Of a stretch of DNA of 64,000 nt, positions 27,178 to 36,532 are shown in pieces (position 1 is the stretch's first letter; every line of letters starts with the position of its first letter). The position numbers and the translations under genes are program-made. The stretch covers positions 5,881-69,880 of the IMG/VR virus record IMGVR_UViG_3300035703_000072; one strand, written 5' to 3'. Under the pieces are notes generated by a model. It was not told where the DNA came from. It was given only the letters and a program-made list of their open reading frames with translations, and searched no databases. This stretch comes from a virus.

Positions 27178-27901
27178 GAATATTATTTTTTAGCCAGTTA
27201 TTAAAATGGGTTAAAAAGTCTTTTTTGTTAGGGTGTAGCTTTTCGATGTTACCGAGATAAAGCACAAACTCATCTAATTTTTTTGGAATTATCTCGGGAG
27301 TAACTTTGAATTGCATTGCTGTTGTTTCAATCCAAGAAGGCGATTCGGTTTTTTGAATAAAAGCGTGCTGAACATTTTTTGAATTATCGAACTCTTTTTT
27401 TAAAATATCCTCTTCTTTTCTTTTCTCTTCTTTACTCTTCTCTTCTTTACGGATAACTTCCGCCATTCCGGCGCGGATTGGTGGGTTTCCGGCGCGGATT
27501 GAATCGTTTTCAGTACTAAAAGCTTCCAATACGGCGGAATATTGAGGAATTTCTGTTTTCCTTTTTCGGTATGCATCCGCTACACTATCAACAAATTTTT
27601 GGCTCCAAATCACATCGTAATTCTCATAAAGGAACTTATCAATTGCTCCCAACTTTGACAGATCATTCAGTATGTCTCTGAGCTTATTTTCATCAACTCT
27701 ACAGACAGATGATAGGTACATTAGGACTGAATCATCTTCGATGTGAATGAAATGGTTTTTAGCCTTCCCAAGTTGCTCCAAGAGCTTGAACCAAGTAGCG
27801 TAACCATCGTTACCATACTTTTGCTCTATGATGTGCATTTTACGACCGTGGGTGCAGTCGTGTGGAAAGTAGTCCACATCCTTACGCTGTTCTCTTGCCA
27901 T
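27038..27901 (-). CDS. Replication initiator (DUF4373/Lin1244-like N-terminus)
   Basis: VDYFPHD..YG..GYA.WFKLLE, KEEKSKEEKRKEE linker, HFNNWL C-terminus. Confidence 0.75.
   Translation of the reverse strand: MAREQRKDVDYFPHDCTHGRKMHIIEQKYGNDGYATWFKLLEQLGKAKNHFIHIEDDSVLMYLSSVCRVDENKLRDILNDLSKLGAIDKFLYENYDVIWSQKFVDSVADAYRKRKTEIPQYSAVLEAFSTENDSIRAGNPPIRAGMAEVIRKEEKSKEEKRKEEDILKKEFDNSKNVQHAFIQKTESPSWIETTAMQFKVTPEIIPKKLDEFVLYLGNIEKLHPNKKDFLTHFNNWLKNNIHANPTTNNERKPNPNPGYKPAEIDPGELVRELTEDVENGNIPGVYR
27466..27501. repeat. Iteron-like direct repeat (putative origin)
   Basis: TTCCGGCGCGGATTG twice, 21-bp period, inside the initiator linker. Confidence 0.5.
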
Positions 27902-28232
27902 GAGCCGGAAATAAATTATAGGTTAAACAAGGTTCACACATCCCTTTATCGTTGCTTATAATGCCTTCAGCGATTTGTAAAAGGCGGTTGTACTTATCTC
28001 TGAAGATTGCATCATAAAGCATTAGGTCTCTGAATTTCTTTTGATAGTAGATTACATGGTCATGATGCACTCCAAATACATTCCCTATCTTTTGAAAGGT
28101 GTAGTACTTTCTGCTTCTCAGAATAACCGATACAGCTATTCTTGCATCAACATTCTTTCTGTTTCTCTTTCTTTCAAAACAGTTACCTTCAAATATCTCA
28201 TTTGCCTTGTGGCATAGTTCAATGTGATTCAT
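27882..28232 (-). CDS. DnaA C-terminal-like HTH protein
   Basis: R.R..VDAR..Y.TFQKIG..F..HH..VIY. Confidence 0.65.
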   Translation of the reverse strand: MNHIELCHKANEIFEGNCFERKRNRKNVDARIAVSVILRSRKYYTFQKIGNVFGVHHDHVIYYQKKFRDLMLYDAIFRDKYNRLLQIAEGIISNDKGMCEPCLTYNLFPAHGKRTA

Positions 28233-29896
28233 TACTTGAATAGGTTTACTACGTTATCAATAAAGCTCATATCCATTTCATCGGTGGCTCCGGTAATGGT
28301 GTTACCGATATGGCGTTTCTCCTGAATCATTTGGTACATTTCCTCATCAATGGTGTTCTGACCAAGGAAGTAGGTACACATGACATTATTCTTTTGGCCA
28401 ATACGGTGCGCTCTGTCCTCGCACTGGGCACAATCCGCATACGTCCATGGGTACTCGATAAATGCTACACGACTTGAAGCGGTAAGCGTGATACCTACAC
28501 CGGCAGCTTTAATGTTACAAACAATGAGCTGCACCTTCGGATCAGTTTGGAAACTGTCAATTGCCTTTTGCTTTTCTTCAGAAGTCATTCTGCCATTAAC
28601 TGAAACCGCATTCGGGAACAATCTTCTTACCTCGTCACCAATCTCATGTAGGTTGTGGAATAAAATCAGCTTCTCTCCGGCTTCCAATACCTCTTGAACG
28701 AACTCTTTAACCTCGTTCATCTTTCCTTTGGCGGAGATTTGTTTTAATGCTCCCATACGCACCATGATTTCGCCTCGAAGCTTGCGAGCGATTTCCTCAT
28801 CGTTACAACCTTTTTCCTCAAGCCACTGTACAAAATCATTCTTGGCTTTGTTATACTCGGCCCGGTTCGTGATATCACAAAGGATAGTTTGGCGTTGTTT
28901 ATCCGGAAGGTCTTTGGCCACGTCTTTTTTCTCTCGTCTGAAGAAACAATGAACGTTAAGCATGTAGTTCAGCTCTCTGAGGTTAGAAGCGCCGGAACCA
29001 CCTTCACAGTATCTTTCTCGGAATGATTTCTCATTGGCCAATTTTCCAATGATGGCCAGCTGAGGTAATGCATCGATAGGTTTGTTGACAATCATAGTAC
29101 CGGTTAAACCAACTCGGTAGAGTTTACCTATTGCGATTTGCAAGGCGATTTTGGTTTGTTGGGTGTTACGGTCTTTGCATCTGTGAATCTCGTCTATAAT
29201 GACAGAATTGAATAGTTTAACTCGGGGATTCATAACGATGTCGGACGACTTGTATGGTTTCTTGTCCGGCATCTTATCCACGAAGTACTTCTTCATCGAT
29301 TCGTAGTTGACAATGAATACATCAATACCGGCTACCTCATGGTAACGATGCCAGGTGTCTTTGATTTTGTCCTCAAGGATGATGGCTTTCTTTCCGGTCC
29401 ACATTTCCCATTCACGTTTCCAATTGATTTTGGTTGATGCCGGACAAATTACCAGGCATGGGAAAGTAATCTCGTTGTTGTATTTCTGTGCTGAATAGAT
29501 TGTTGCGATGGACTGCATTGTTTTACCAAGACCTTGCTCGTCGCCATTGATAAAACGTTTTAATTGTAGGCCACGTGCAACTCCTTGAAGTTGGTATGGT
29601 CTTGGCTTGAATCCATTTTCTCGGTTGTAAATGTCAATCTCAAAGGCTAAATCGGGCATAGGTGGTATTTCTCCGATTTCTTCAGGAACACGTGTCTGAG
29701 CGACAATCCACTCAGCACGTGTTTTTTTCTGAATTTCTTCGAGCGCATCACGTTGAGAAAATGGAACAGTCCAAGATTTGCGAGCCATTACAAACTTGGC
29801 TCCGGGTATCATCTTGATAAGATTGGTATTGTGAACCCGAAACCGTGTGTATGGTATTTTTACGTGAAATTCTGTTGGATGTTCAATAATTTGCAT
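28232..29896 (-). CDS. SNF2-family helicase
   Basis: DEQGLGKT, DEIH, LTGT, GVGITL, QCEDRAHRIGQ. Confidence 0.93.
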   Translation of the reverse strand: MQIIEHPTEFHVKIPYTRFRVHNTNLIKMIPGAKFVMARKSWTVPFSQRDALEEIQKKTRAEWIVAQTRVPEEIGEIPPMPDLAFEIDIYNRENGFKPRPYQLQGVARGLQLKRFINGDEQGLGKTMQSIATIYSAQKYNNEITFPCLVICPASTKINWKREWEMWTGKKAIILEDKIKDTWHRYHEVAGIDVFIVNYESMKKYFVDKMPDKKPYKSSDIVMNPRVKLFNSVIIDEIHRCKDRNTQQTKIALQIAIGKLYRVGLTGTMIVNKPIDALPQLAIIGKLANEKSFRERYCEGGSGASNLRELNYMLNVHCFFRREKKDVAKDLPDKQRQTILCDITNRAEYNKAKNDFVQWLEEKGCNDEEIARKLRGEIMVRMGALKQISAKGKMNEVKEFVQEVLEAGEKLILFHNLHEIGDEVRRLFPNAVSVNGRMTSEEKQKAIDSFQTDPKVQLIVCNIKAAGVGITLTASSRVAFIEYPWTYADCAQCEDRAHRIGQKNNVMCTYFLGQNTIDEEMYQMIQEKRHIGNTITGATDEMDMSFIDNVVNLFK

Positions 29897-29913
29897 TGCT
29901 CGGCGTGTTAAGA

Positions 29914-30516
29914 TTAATCAGCGAAAGCTGAGTTGTTCTTTTTGGCTTTTGGTCCTTTAGCTTTTGGTTCAGGAGTTTCTTGTTCTTCTTCCTCTTCTTC
30001 TTCGTTAAACATTTGAAGTTGTGCTCTCTCGGCGTGTTTGCCTTCCATGTAGGCAAGTACTTCACGTTTTAAGTGGTCGATGTCCTCAATAAATTGAGAA
30101 ATGAATTTGTACTTAGTGCCTTCCATGTCAACTGATGGAGCAGTAAGTGAAAGAGGGTCGCCTGACTCAAGCAATCTGTTTCCGGAAAGTGTAACGTAGT
30201 TGAGTCCTTTCTTTTCCATGATGTCAACTGAGCCAACATAGAACTTGAAGAACTCTTCAGTAACGGAATGCTCTCTATCTTCGAGATAGCTTTCAGGTCT
30301 TTCGAGAGCTGATTGTACTAAGGCTTCATCGGTTACTTGTTCGCATAGGAAAGCGAAGTGCGGAATGAGTTTACGGAAGCACGCTCTGAGGTCGTCGTGG
30401 ATTGGGGCATCTGAAGATACTTTGTTCAGATTGTTTTGGTCGATGTCCTTTTGTTCGAATTCGTAGTTTAGGAACAACGAGCTTCTGATGGACGCTTTTC
30501 TGATAATGATGTTCAT
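29914..30516 (-). CDS. Hypothetical protein
   Basis: 200 aa with acidic tail and QLQMF. Confidence 0.65.
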   Translation of the reverse strand: MNIIIRKASIRSSLFLNYEFEQKDIDQNNLNKVSSDAPIHDDLRACFRKLIPHFAFLCEQVTDEALVQSALERPESYLEDREHSVTEEFFKFYVGSVDIMEKKGLNYVTLSGNRLLESGDPLSLTAPSVDMEGTKYKFISQFIEDIDHLKREVLAYMEGKHAERAQLQMFNEEEEEEEQETPEPKAKGPKAKKNNSAFAD

Positions 30517-30761
30517 TAGGATAAAGTGATTTTGGTTAATAATTTATTTGATTCTTCTCTTTCTTCGATTTGCATCTTGTAGTTTTCAATGTCTTTTGTG
30601 ATAGAGTCTATCTCAACATTATTAAGTTCGTGAAGCCTTATACATACCACTTCGATAACTTTGCTTCTGTCTTTTGGTGATAGGTGATGAGTTAGAATTT
30701 TCAAAATCTCGTTCGAAATTTCTTCTCTTGGGTCTGTTTTTGCTGGTTGATTAAAGTCCAT
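30516..30761 (-). CDS. Hypothetical protein
   Basis: 81 aa coupled ORF. Confidence 0.55.
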   Translation of the reverse strand: MDFNQPAKTDPREEISNEILKILTHHLSPKDRSKVIEVVCIRLHELNNVEIDSITKDIENYKMQIEEREESNKLLTKITLS

Positions 30762-30764
30762 GTG

Positions 30765-31061
30765 TTAGTTATTTAGGATTAAAAAATACTCTTTGAATCG
30801 GTTGTCGGTTAGCTCCGATTGAACCGGAACACCGTAATCATCTTTCAGGTCTTTTACTCGCCGTCTGAGGTCTCCAATACCGTAGCGAACCAATGCTGAG
30901 GTAGTGGTCAGCCTTTCGCCTCTGAGCATAGCCTCGTAAACTATTCGGCATTGATTTGAAAAGCGCTCTTTGTTCTTCTCAAATATGGTTTGGCTTTCGA
31001 GATTGTTCTCACGATGAACCGGTGGGGCGGTGAAGTCGATTGAAAGTTGATTAGTGTTCAT
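30765..31061 (-). CDS. Winged HTH protein
   Basis: GERLTT..AL..YGI..LRRRV.DLK. Confidence 0.7.
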   Translation of the reverse strand: MNTNQLSIDFTAPPVHRENNLESQTIFEKNKERFSNQCRIVYEAMLRGERLTTTSALVRYGIGDLRRRVKDLKDDYGVPVQSELTDNRFKEYFLILNN

Positions 31062-31063
31062 AG

Positions 31064-31453
31064 TTATGATGGGCTATAAGTCATTTCTGCTTTTGCTTTG
31101 CTGATAAGTGTTCTGCACCAATCGAGCTGATGGGTACATGCTCTGTTTACTCTCTCACACCAATTGACCATGTAGTTCTCATCTTCACAAAGAGCATCAG
31201 CAAACTTGTTGGCGGTGGTTGCCGGAAGTGCTGACAGCTTTTTCATCTGTGCGATGATTTGGCCATTGAGTTTTCGGTCTCGGTGGATTTTTGCATCGGC
31301 AAGTAGTTTGCCGGTACGAGCCATTTGAGCAGCGCAGTAGTTACCTCTTTCGACTGCTTCCTGAACATCTTCGGACATTTCGGTCTCGATGGTGCTTTGG
31401 ATGGCTTTCAGCTCCTTGCTGATTTCTTCTAATGTGGCGATGTGGTTTAACAT
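31064..31453 (-). CDS. Hypothetical helical protein
   Basis: 129 aa in early operon. Confidence 0.65.
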   Translation of the reverse strand: MLNHIATLEEISKELKAIQSTIETEMSEDVQEAVERGNYCAAQMARTGKLLADAKIHRDRKLNGQIIAQMKKLSALPATTANKFADALCEDENYMVNWCERVNRACTHQLDWCRTLISKAKAEMTYSPS

Positions 31454-31469
31454 ATCTACTTAGTTTTAG

Positions 31470-31556
31470 TGGAGAAGAGAGGACTCGAACCTATGACACC
31501 ATCGCTACCACTTTTACAGATAGCCAATGCGCTCTAACCAACTGAGCTACTTCTCC
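31470..31556 (-). ncRNA. tRNA-like RNA with extended anticodon arm (copy 2)
   Basis: Acceptor GGAGAAG/CTTCTCC-A, same D arm and T loop as copy 1; 20 nt replace the anticodon loop. Confidence 0.8.
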
Positions 31557-31634
31557 TTTTTACACCCGGATGTGCGGTTCCAATTTTAGTATGCTTGTTA
31601 GCTTTTACTTTTGCAGTCCGGGTGTGGTTTATTG

Positions 31635-32615
31635 TTATACTTCGTCCGGATCAGTATCGAACCCTTTTATCCATTTTGGTTTGTATAGCTTTCTAACCTC
31701 ATTATTGTGGTCAAAGAAGTTGTACGACTCATCAAATCTATTTTGCTCAATACATTGATTGAGTTTTGAAATAGCGTACTTGTATTCCCTTTTTCCATAT
31801 TCCAAGAATGATCTGTCAATCTCAATGATTGAGTAGTTTTTCTTTTGGTCACAAGCAATTACAAAGTATCTACATAGAAATTCTTCTTCAGTGTCAGCAT
31901 CATCATAGATACCACCTTGCATGTAATACTTATCATTTGTAATGGTTCGCTCTACTTTTGTAGGTTCTGCATCTGAAATGAACTTCAAGTCTATTTTGAT
32001 GCCTTTTCCTTTGCCGTCGATAAAACCAATGATATCCCAGCCATCGTAAGTAAACCTTACCTTAACCTCTGTTTCGGTAATATGGTTAAGGATAGCAGCT
32101 ATTTTCGGTTGGCTTTTTAGGTAGTCGGTAAGTTCTTTAGCATTGTCGTACATTTCTTGACTAACACACTTCTTACCGCTGTTAACTGCTTCGATATATG
32201 GTAAAAGCTCGTTGTATGTTTTTTCAAAATTTCCGCTTTTGTAGTTGTTTGAAAACGCCTCTTTTGGTTCTATTCCACTAAGTACATCTTCGCAGAAAGC
32301 AACTTGATTTTCTGTAGATGGAGTTTTGTTGATAATGGTAAATACTTCAGCTACTTTTTCACTCTCAAGCATCATCATGTGGCATAACTCGCCTCTCAAC
32401 ATATCTTCAGTTTGTTTCCAAACTTTTAACTTATAATCAATTGCATGTCTTGGGGATTTCAAAAACTCTTTCAAAAGCGAAAACGAAAGTGTTACGTCTC
32501 TGTTTTTGAATCTTTCAATCATAAGAACACTTTTGTCTTTCGGTTCTTCAATAGGTGGCATCTGTGTTTCGATTACTTCAATCTCTGAATAACCGAGTGC
32601 TAAATCTTTGCTCAT
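31635..32615 (-). CDS. RecE-like PD-(D/E)XK exonuclease (DUF3799-like)
   Basis: LSFSLLK..SP, G.L.H, GFID..IDLK, YYMQGGIY. Confidence 0.8.
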   Translation of the reverse strand: MSKDLALGYSEIEVIETQMPPIEEPKDKSVLMIERFKNRDVTLSFSLLKEFLKSPRHAIDYKLKVWKQTEDMLRGELCHMMMLESEKVAEVFTIINKTPSTENQVAFCEDVLSGIEPKEAFSNNYKSGNFEKTYNELLPYIEAVNSGKKCVSQEMYDNAKELTDYLKSQPKIAAILNHITETEVKVRFTYDGWDIIGFIDGKGKGIKIDLKFISDAEPTKVERTITNDKYYMQGGIYDDADTEEEFLCRYFVIACDQKKNYSIIEIDRSFLEYGKREYKYAISKLNQCIEQNRFDESYNFFDHNNEVRKLYKPKWIKGFDTDPDEV

Positions 32616-32617
32616 AA

Positions 32618-33475
32618 TTATGCTGGTTTAAGTTCTTGAAGTTTGTTTTGAAGTTGTAAAACTTGTTCTGCTGAAGCATTAAGTTTTTTTTCAGAGATAG
32701 CTTTTAAACAAGCCTCAATCTTTTCTGAACCTAAAGCAATTGTTCTGTTTAAATCTCTATCGTTCAATTCAGGAATTACAATGGTTGGCTCTTCTCCATT
32801 TTCACACCATTGCAATAACATTTTTCCAGTTTCTTCACTTGGAACAAACTCAGGTTTACCCATAAACAAACCTGTTCTGTCTTTAGAAGAAGTTGCATTG
32901 TGTCTGATATCAATTTCAAGATTAACTGTTAGTTCGTACTCAAATCCCTCTCTTGTCATTTCTTTTAGACCAGCTTTCTCAACCTTTATTTTTCCATCTC
33001 CTCCTTTTGTCATTTCGTAGTCTTGCTTACGTCTAACAGTAGTAATGATGTGACAATTTGAAGATAGAATTGTGTCAATGAAATTCTGATGTCTTGGAGT
33101 AACTTTTGCCCAATCTTGGTATTTTCCTCCTAAAGAATCTACTATGGCTAAACAGCCTCCTTTTCCATCCCATTCATGAGTAATACTGTCTATGATTATA
33201 ACTTCCATTCCAGCTGACTCACATTCTTTTATTGCGTTTATGTAACGCTCAGGAGTATAAGGTGCTTCTAATGTTAAAACATTATAGTCACCAAGATTTG
33301 CATACAGATCTGCACTACCGTTTTCTGTATCAATAATTGCTACTTTGGATAAATCTCCTTTGGCAAGTCCTTTTGCTATAAGTATAGCTGAATAAGTTTT
33401 GCCTCCGCCACTAACAGCGGACAGACCAAGTCTGATTTTTGCTTTTTGGCGTGTTGCCTTTCTTAATGTGCTCAT
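32618..33475 (-). CDS. Sak4-like AAA recombinase
   Basis: Walker A SGGGKT, IDTE, IIDSITHEW, FEYELT. Confidence 0.85.
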   Translation of the reverse strand: MSTLRKATRQKAKIRLGLSAVSGGGKTYSAILIAKGLAKGDLSKVAIIDTENGSADLYANLGDYNVLTLEAPYTPERYINAIKECESAGMEVIIIDSITHEWDGKGGCLAIVDSLGGKYQDWAKVTPRHQNFIDTILSSNCHIITTVRRKQDYEMTKGGDGKIKVEKAGLKEMTREGFEYELTVNLEIDIRHNATSSKDRTGLFMGKPEFVPSEETGKMLLQWCENGEEPTIVIPELNDRDLNRTIALGSEKIEACLKAISEKKLNASAEQVLQLQNKLQELKPA

Positions 33476-33492
33476 TTGTTCTATTAATTTGA

Positions 33493-33675
33493 TTATTTAT
33501 TACCGGCCTCGTGCCAGTGCTCGTACTTATTACATTCTCGTTCTTCCTCAGCATCGGTTGGTGAACATTGTTTCTCAAGAAGGTGTATCCACCACCACAT
33601 GAATATCACCGTAAACATTCCTATCAAAACCGCTATGCCTATGCACACAACTATTATTTCGATTACGTCTCTCAT
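33493..33675 (-). CDS. Small membrane protein
   Basis: 60 aa with one TM segment. Confidence 0.55.
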   Translation of the reverse strand: MRDVIEIIVVCIGIAVLIGMFTVIFMWWWIHLLEKQCSPTDAEEERECNKYEHWHEAGNK

Positions 33676-33678
33676 GGA

Positions 33679-33810
33679 TTAGCTGATGTAAAGTTGATAT
33701 CCGTAATACATTGCTCCGATTAGAGCGACAATGGCTACCACCATTAGGAACTGAAGAAATCTGTCTCTTAGGAAGATTTTGTAAAAGGTTTCGTCGTCGT
33801 AGTTTCTCAT
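33679..33810 (-). CDS. Small membrane protein (43 aa)
   Basis: MRNYDDETFYKIFLRDRFLQFLMVVAIVALIGAMYYGYQLYIS. Confidence 0.5.
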   Translation of the reverse strand: MRNYDDETFYKIFLRDRFLQFLMVVAIVALIGAMYYGYQLYIS

Positions 33811-33934
33811 GATAAATAGATGTCGGTTTTAATGGTTGTGTTTGATAGTTTCAAGTGAAGTTCTGCATACACCAAGGTTGTGAACTCAATGCCATTTTTG
33901 TTTTGAGAAATGGCGGTCTTTGCAGTTTTGACAA

Positions 33935-34267
33935 TTAGCTGTGACATAGTGTTGGGGATGTTAGGTTGAACAAATCGGTTTTGGTTAACACCGGAACATT
34001 CCAAAAGGTTGCTCCGTTGAATTCGATGTTGAGTTTGAAAACTCTGTCTTTGTAATCAGTGAAGAATACTGTTGTGAATTTCTGAGCGAAGTTTTCAATT
34101 GAGTTATCAATTGACATTGGGCTCGGATTTCCGCCGATGTTGTATCGGGTTGGTTTACCTTTTGCGATTACTAAATTTTCAATTTCTTGAAAGCTCATTT
34201 GCTCACGCTTTCCATCAACAACTACTGTGATGTTTTTTTTACTGAAATCATTTACTATCTTTGTCAT
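33935..34267 (-). CDS. Hypothetical protein
   Basis: 110 aa early gene. Confidence 0.6.
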   Translation of the reverse strand: MTKIVNDFSKKNITVVVDGKREQMSFQEIENLVIAKGKPTRYNIGGNPSPMSIDNSIENFAQKFTTVFFTDYKDRVFKLNIEFNGATFWNVPVLTKTDLFNLTSPTLCHS

Positions 34268-34311
34268 GTTCTATTTGATTATGCCTTGCTCGGCGTTAAT
34301 TAGATTTGATT

Positions 34312-34341
34312 AAACCACTTCTTGCTCGGGGTGGTTTTTTT
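34312..34341 (-). terminator. Hairpin in early operon carrying the CCGAGCAAG motif
   Basis: AAACCAC..GTGGTTT stem with flanking T/A tract. Confidence 0.5.
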
Positions 34342-34342
34342 A

Positions 34343-34558
34343 TTAGAAGAAACTTTCTAATGTTCCTAAAGCATCATCAATACTTTCCTTTGCTGACTCC
34401 AATACTTTTAAGTCATTGTAAAGACCAATCTTTTCCTCTGAATCAGTTTCGTTGTCAACGGCAGTTTTAACTATTTTGATTTGCTCATTGATTATTGCTT
34501 CTGAAAACTTTAGGTTTTCTATTGCTTGTTGGATTTGTGTTGCGGATAATGTGCTCAT
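34343..34558 (-). CDS. Hypothetical coiled-coil protein
   Basis: 71 aa. Confidence 0.6.
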   Translation of the reverse strand: MSTLSATQIQQAIENLKFSEAIINEQIKIVKTAVDNETDSEEKIGLYNDLKVLESAKESIDDALGTLESFF

Positions 34559-34563
34559 GTGTT

Positions 34564-34761
34564 CTATTTTTTAATTCGATTTTTACTTCTGTTGGCGATG
34601 GTTCTAACGGCTTGCTCTCCGTTTATCTTCCCCTTTCGGGTGGAGTTGCCGGACACCACTCTCGACAACTCCTTCTTCAGCATTGAAGCTTCTTCTAACA
34701 TCATCCCGGCAATACTCTCCAACCGGTCGATTCTTCGTAATATTTTGGCATCTGAACTCAT
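34564..34761 (-). CDS. Hypothetical protein
   Basis: 65 aa coupled to cro. Confidence 0.6.
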   Translation of the reverse strand: MSSDAKILRRIDRLESIAGMMLEEASMLKKELSRVVSGNSTRKGKINGEQAVRTIANRSKNRIKK

Positions 34762-34967
34762 TACGCTGTAACTGTTTCAAATATTTGCTCATCAGTCAAA
34801 CCATGTTCGCGATAAACTTTAACCGCTGCCATTTTCGTTAAGTTATCGCTGTTACGCTGAGCCAATTGCTGAACGTTTCTCTCAGAAACTCCAAGAGCCA
34901 AAGCTGTACTTAATCGAAATTTCTTGTCGTTTAACAGTTTTTCTATGATTAATTGTGTCACTTTCAT
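34761..34967 (-). CDS. Cro-like HTH regulator
   Basis: 68 aa from MKVTQ (34967); TALALGVSERNV; divergent from CI. Confidence 0.75.
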   Translation of the reverse strand: MKVTQLIIEKLLNDKKFRLSTALALGVSERNVQQLAQRNSDNLTKMAAVKVYREHGLTDEQIFETVTA

Positions 34968-35076
34968 GGTATTTTGTGTATTTTTGTTCGTATATATATG
35001 CAAATATACACACATTGTGCATACCTGCAAACTTTTTGCACACTTTTTTACACTTTGTGCGTAAATTTTTTTCAAC
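34968..35076. promoter_or_regulatory. Lysis/lysogeny switch region
   Basis: TATATTTG at 35001-35008 (minus); related boxes TACACACATTGTGCATA and TACACTTTGTGCGTA. Confidence 0.6.
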
Positions 35077-35778
35077 ATGGCAGAAACACTGACACCGGAA
35101 GAGATTAAGAGGGCTCGTGTATCACTAAACATGACACAATCGCAGTTCGGAGAGATGCTTGGCGCTAAGCTCCGAACAGTACAATCATGGGAAGATGGCA
35201 GCCGAAATATGAAAGAGGCCACGGTTATGTTACTTGAGCAAAAACTCAATACGCACAATACCACACAAAGTGTAAATGATGCTGCTGAAGCCTACAATAT
35301 TGAAGTTTCTCATATCGATGGCTTGCGCTCAAGTGTAATGCACGTGCCACTGGTTAACCAGTACGCCTATGCCGGTTACCTATCGGGATTTGCCGACAAT
35401 GAATATGTAGACAACTTGCCGAAAATACCATTCATACTTGATAAGGAGTATAGGGGAGAGTATCTCTGCTTTGAAGTCAAAGGAGATAGTATGGAGTGTG
35501 ATTCTGAAGAAAGCATTCCGGAAGGTTCTATACTATTGTGCCGGAATGTGCGTAAGGAATATTGGAGAAACAAGCTGCACATACACAAGTGGGATTTTGT
35601 GATAGTTCACAACACTGATGGCATATTGGTAAAGCGTATCATCAAGCATGATGTTGAGAACGGCATTATAACAATTCACTCCCTAAACGAGTTTTATCAG
35701 GATAGAGAATTACATTTGAAGGATATTCAACAAATATTCAACATAGTAGAAATACAAACTAAAAGGAAAAGACGATGA
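35077..35778 (+). CDS. CI-like repressor (XRE HTH plus S24 peptidase)
   Basis: MTQSQFGEMLG..TVQSWE; FEVKGDSM (catalytic Ser); LVKR (catalytic Lys). Confidence 0.92.
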   Translation: MAETLTPEEIKRARVSLNMTQSQFGEMLGAKLRTVQSWEDGSRNMKEATVMLLEQKLNTHNTTQSVNDAAEAYNIEVSHIDGLRSSVMHVPLVNQYAYAGYLSGFADNEYVDNLPKIPFILDKEYRGEYLCFEVKGDSMECDSEESIPEGSILLCRNVRKEYWRNKLHIHKWDFVIVHNTDGILVKRIIKHDVENGIITIHSLNEFYQDRELHLKDIQQIFNIVEIQTKRKRR

Positions 35779-36287
35779 GAAAAATTATTGCATTGCTATT
35801 GATCTGCAGCAGTTCATTAGCTCAAGAAAAGTTTGAATACAGCGAAACAGCATTTACTGATTACGTTGTTACTGAAGTAAACGGTGATGTAAAAACCATT
35901 TACTCAAAAGCCTTGAACTGGATAAAAGAAAATTATGTAAATCCGGATGAGGTAATCAAGATGACAATGGATAATGAAAAAATCAGATTTCAGGGTTATA
36001 AAGCCAACTTTCTTTGTATGGGTTCAGTTTGCTCAAATGCTTCCTATACAATAGAGATTAGCTTCAAAGATGGTAAGTACAAGTTTGACCCAATGCAATT
36101 GAAGTTAATGAATAATGCCGGGAGTTATGAAGTGCCTCTTTCTGATCTTAGAATTTACTATGACAAAAAAGGTAAAGTAAAAAAAGGTTCTGAAGAAGCG
36201 TTACAGAGCTTGTCTGACTTATTCAACGGTCTTAATTTAAGTCTGAAGGATTACATCAACGGTAACACCAAAAAAGCGGACTGGTAA
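35775..36287 (+). CDS. Secreted DUF4468-like protein
   Basis: Signal peptide; IY..ALNWI..Y.NPD.VI; ISFKDGKYK. Confidence 0.7.
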   Translation: MRKIIALLLICSSSLAQEKFEYSETAFTDYVVTEVNGDVKTIYSKALNWIKENYVNPDEVIKMTMDNEKIRFQGYKANFLCMGSVCSNASYTIEISFKDGKYKFDPMQLKLMNNAGSYEVPLSDLRIYYDKKGKVKKGSEEALQSLSDLFNGLNLSLKDYINGNTKKADW

Positions 36288-36532
36288 TGTTAGAGGTTAA
36301 CGAAAAGGTTTTCAATTTTATTCAGGCTCTCAAGTCAAGCGGTCGAATTGAGTTCGACAACGACTTCTGTGAGGCAATTGGTCTGAAGAAACAAAACCTA
36401 AATAACATCAAGAACGGAAAGAACTTCTTTGCAACAAAGCATATAAACCAAATATGTAAGGTTTTCGGAGCTAATGCAAACTACTTCTTTGGCACAGAGG
36501 ACAACATGTTCCGCCGTTTAAAGAGTAAATAA
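36287..36532 (+). CDS. XRE-family HTH protein
   Basis: FCEAIGLKKQNLNNIKNG..GANANYFF. Confidence 0.75.
   Translation: MLEVNEKVFNFIQALKSSGRIEFDNDFCEAIGLKKQNLNNIKNGKNFFATKHINQICKVFGANANYFFGTEDNMFRRLKSK

Noticed and set aside
34968-35264. 167-aa version of the cro ORF
   Set aside because: Extension overlaps CI and the switch promoters; ATG at 34967 fits better
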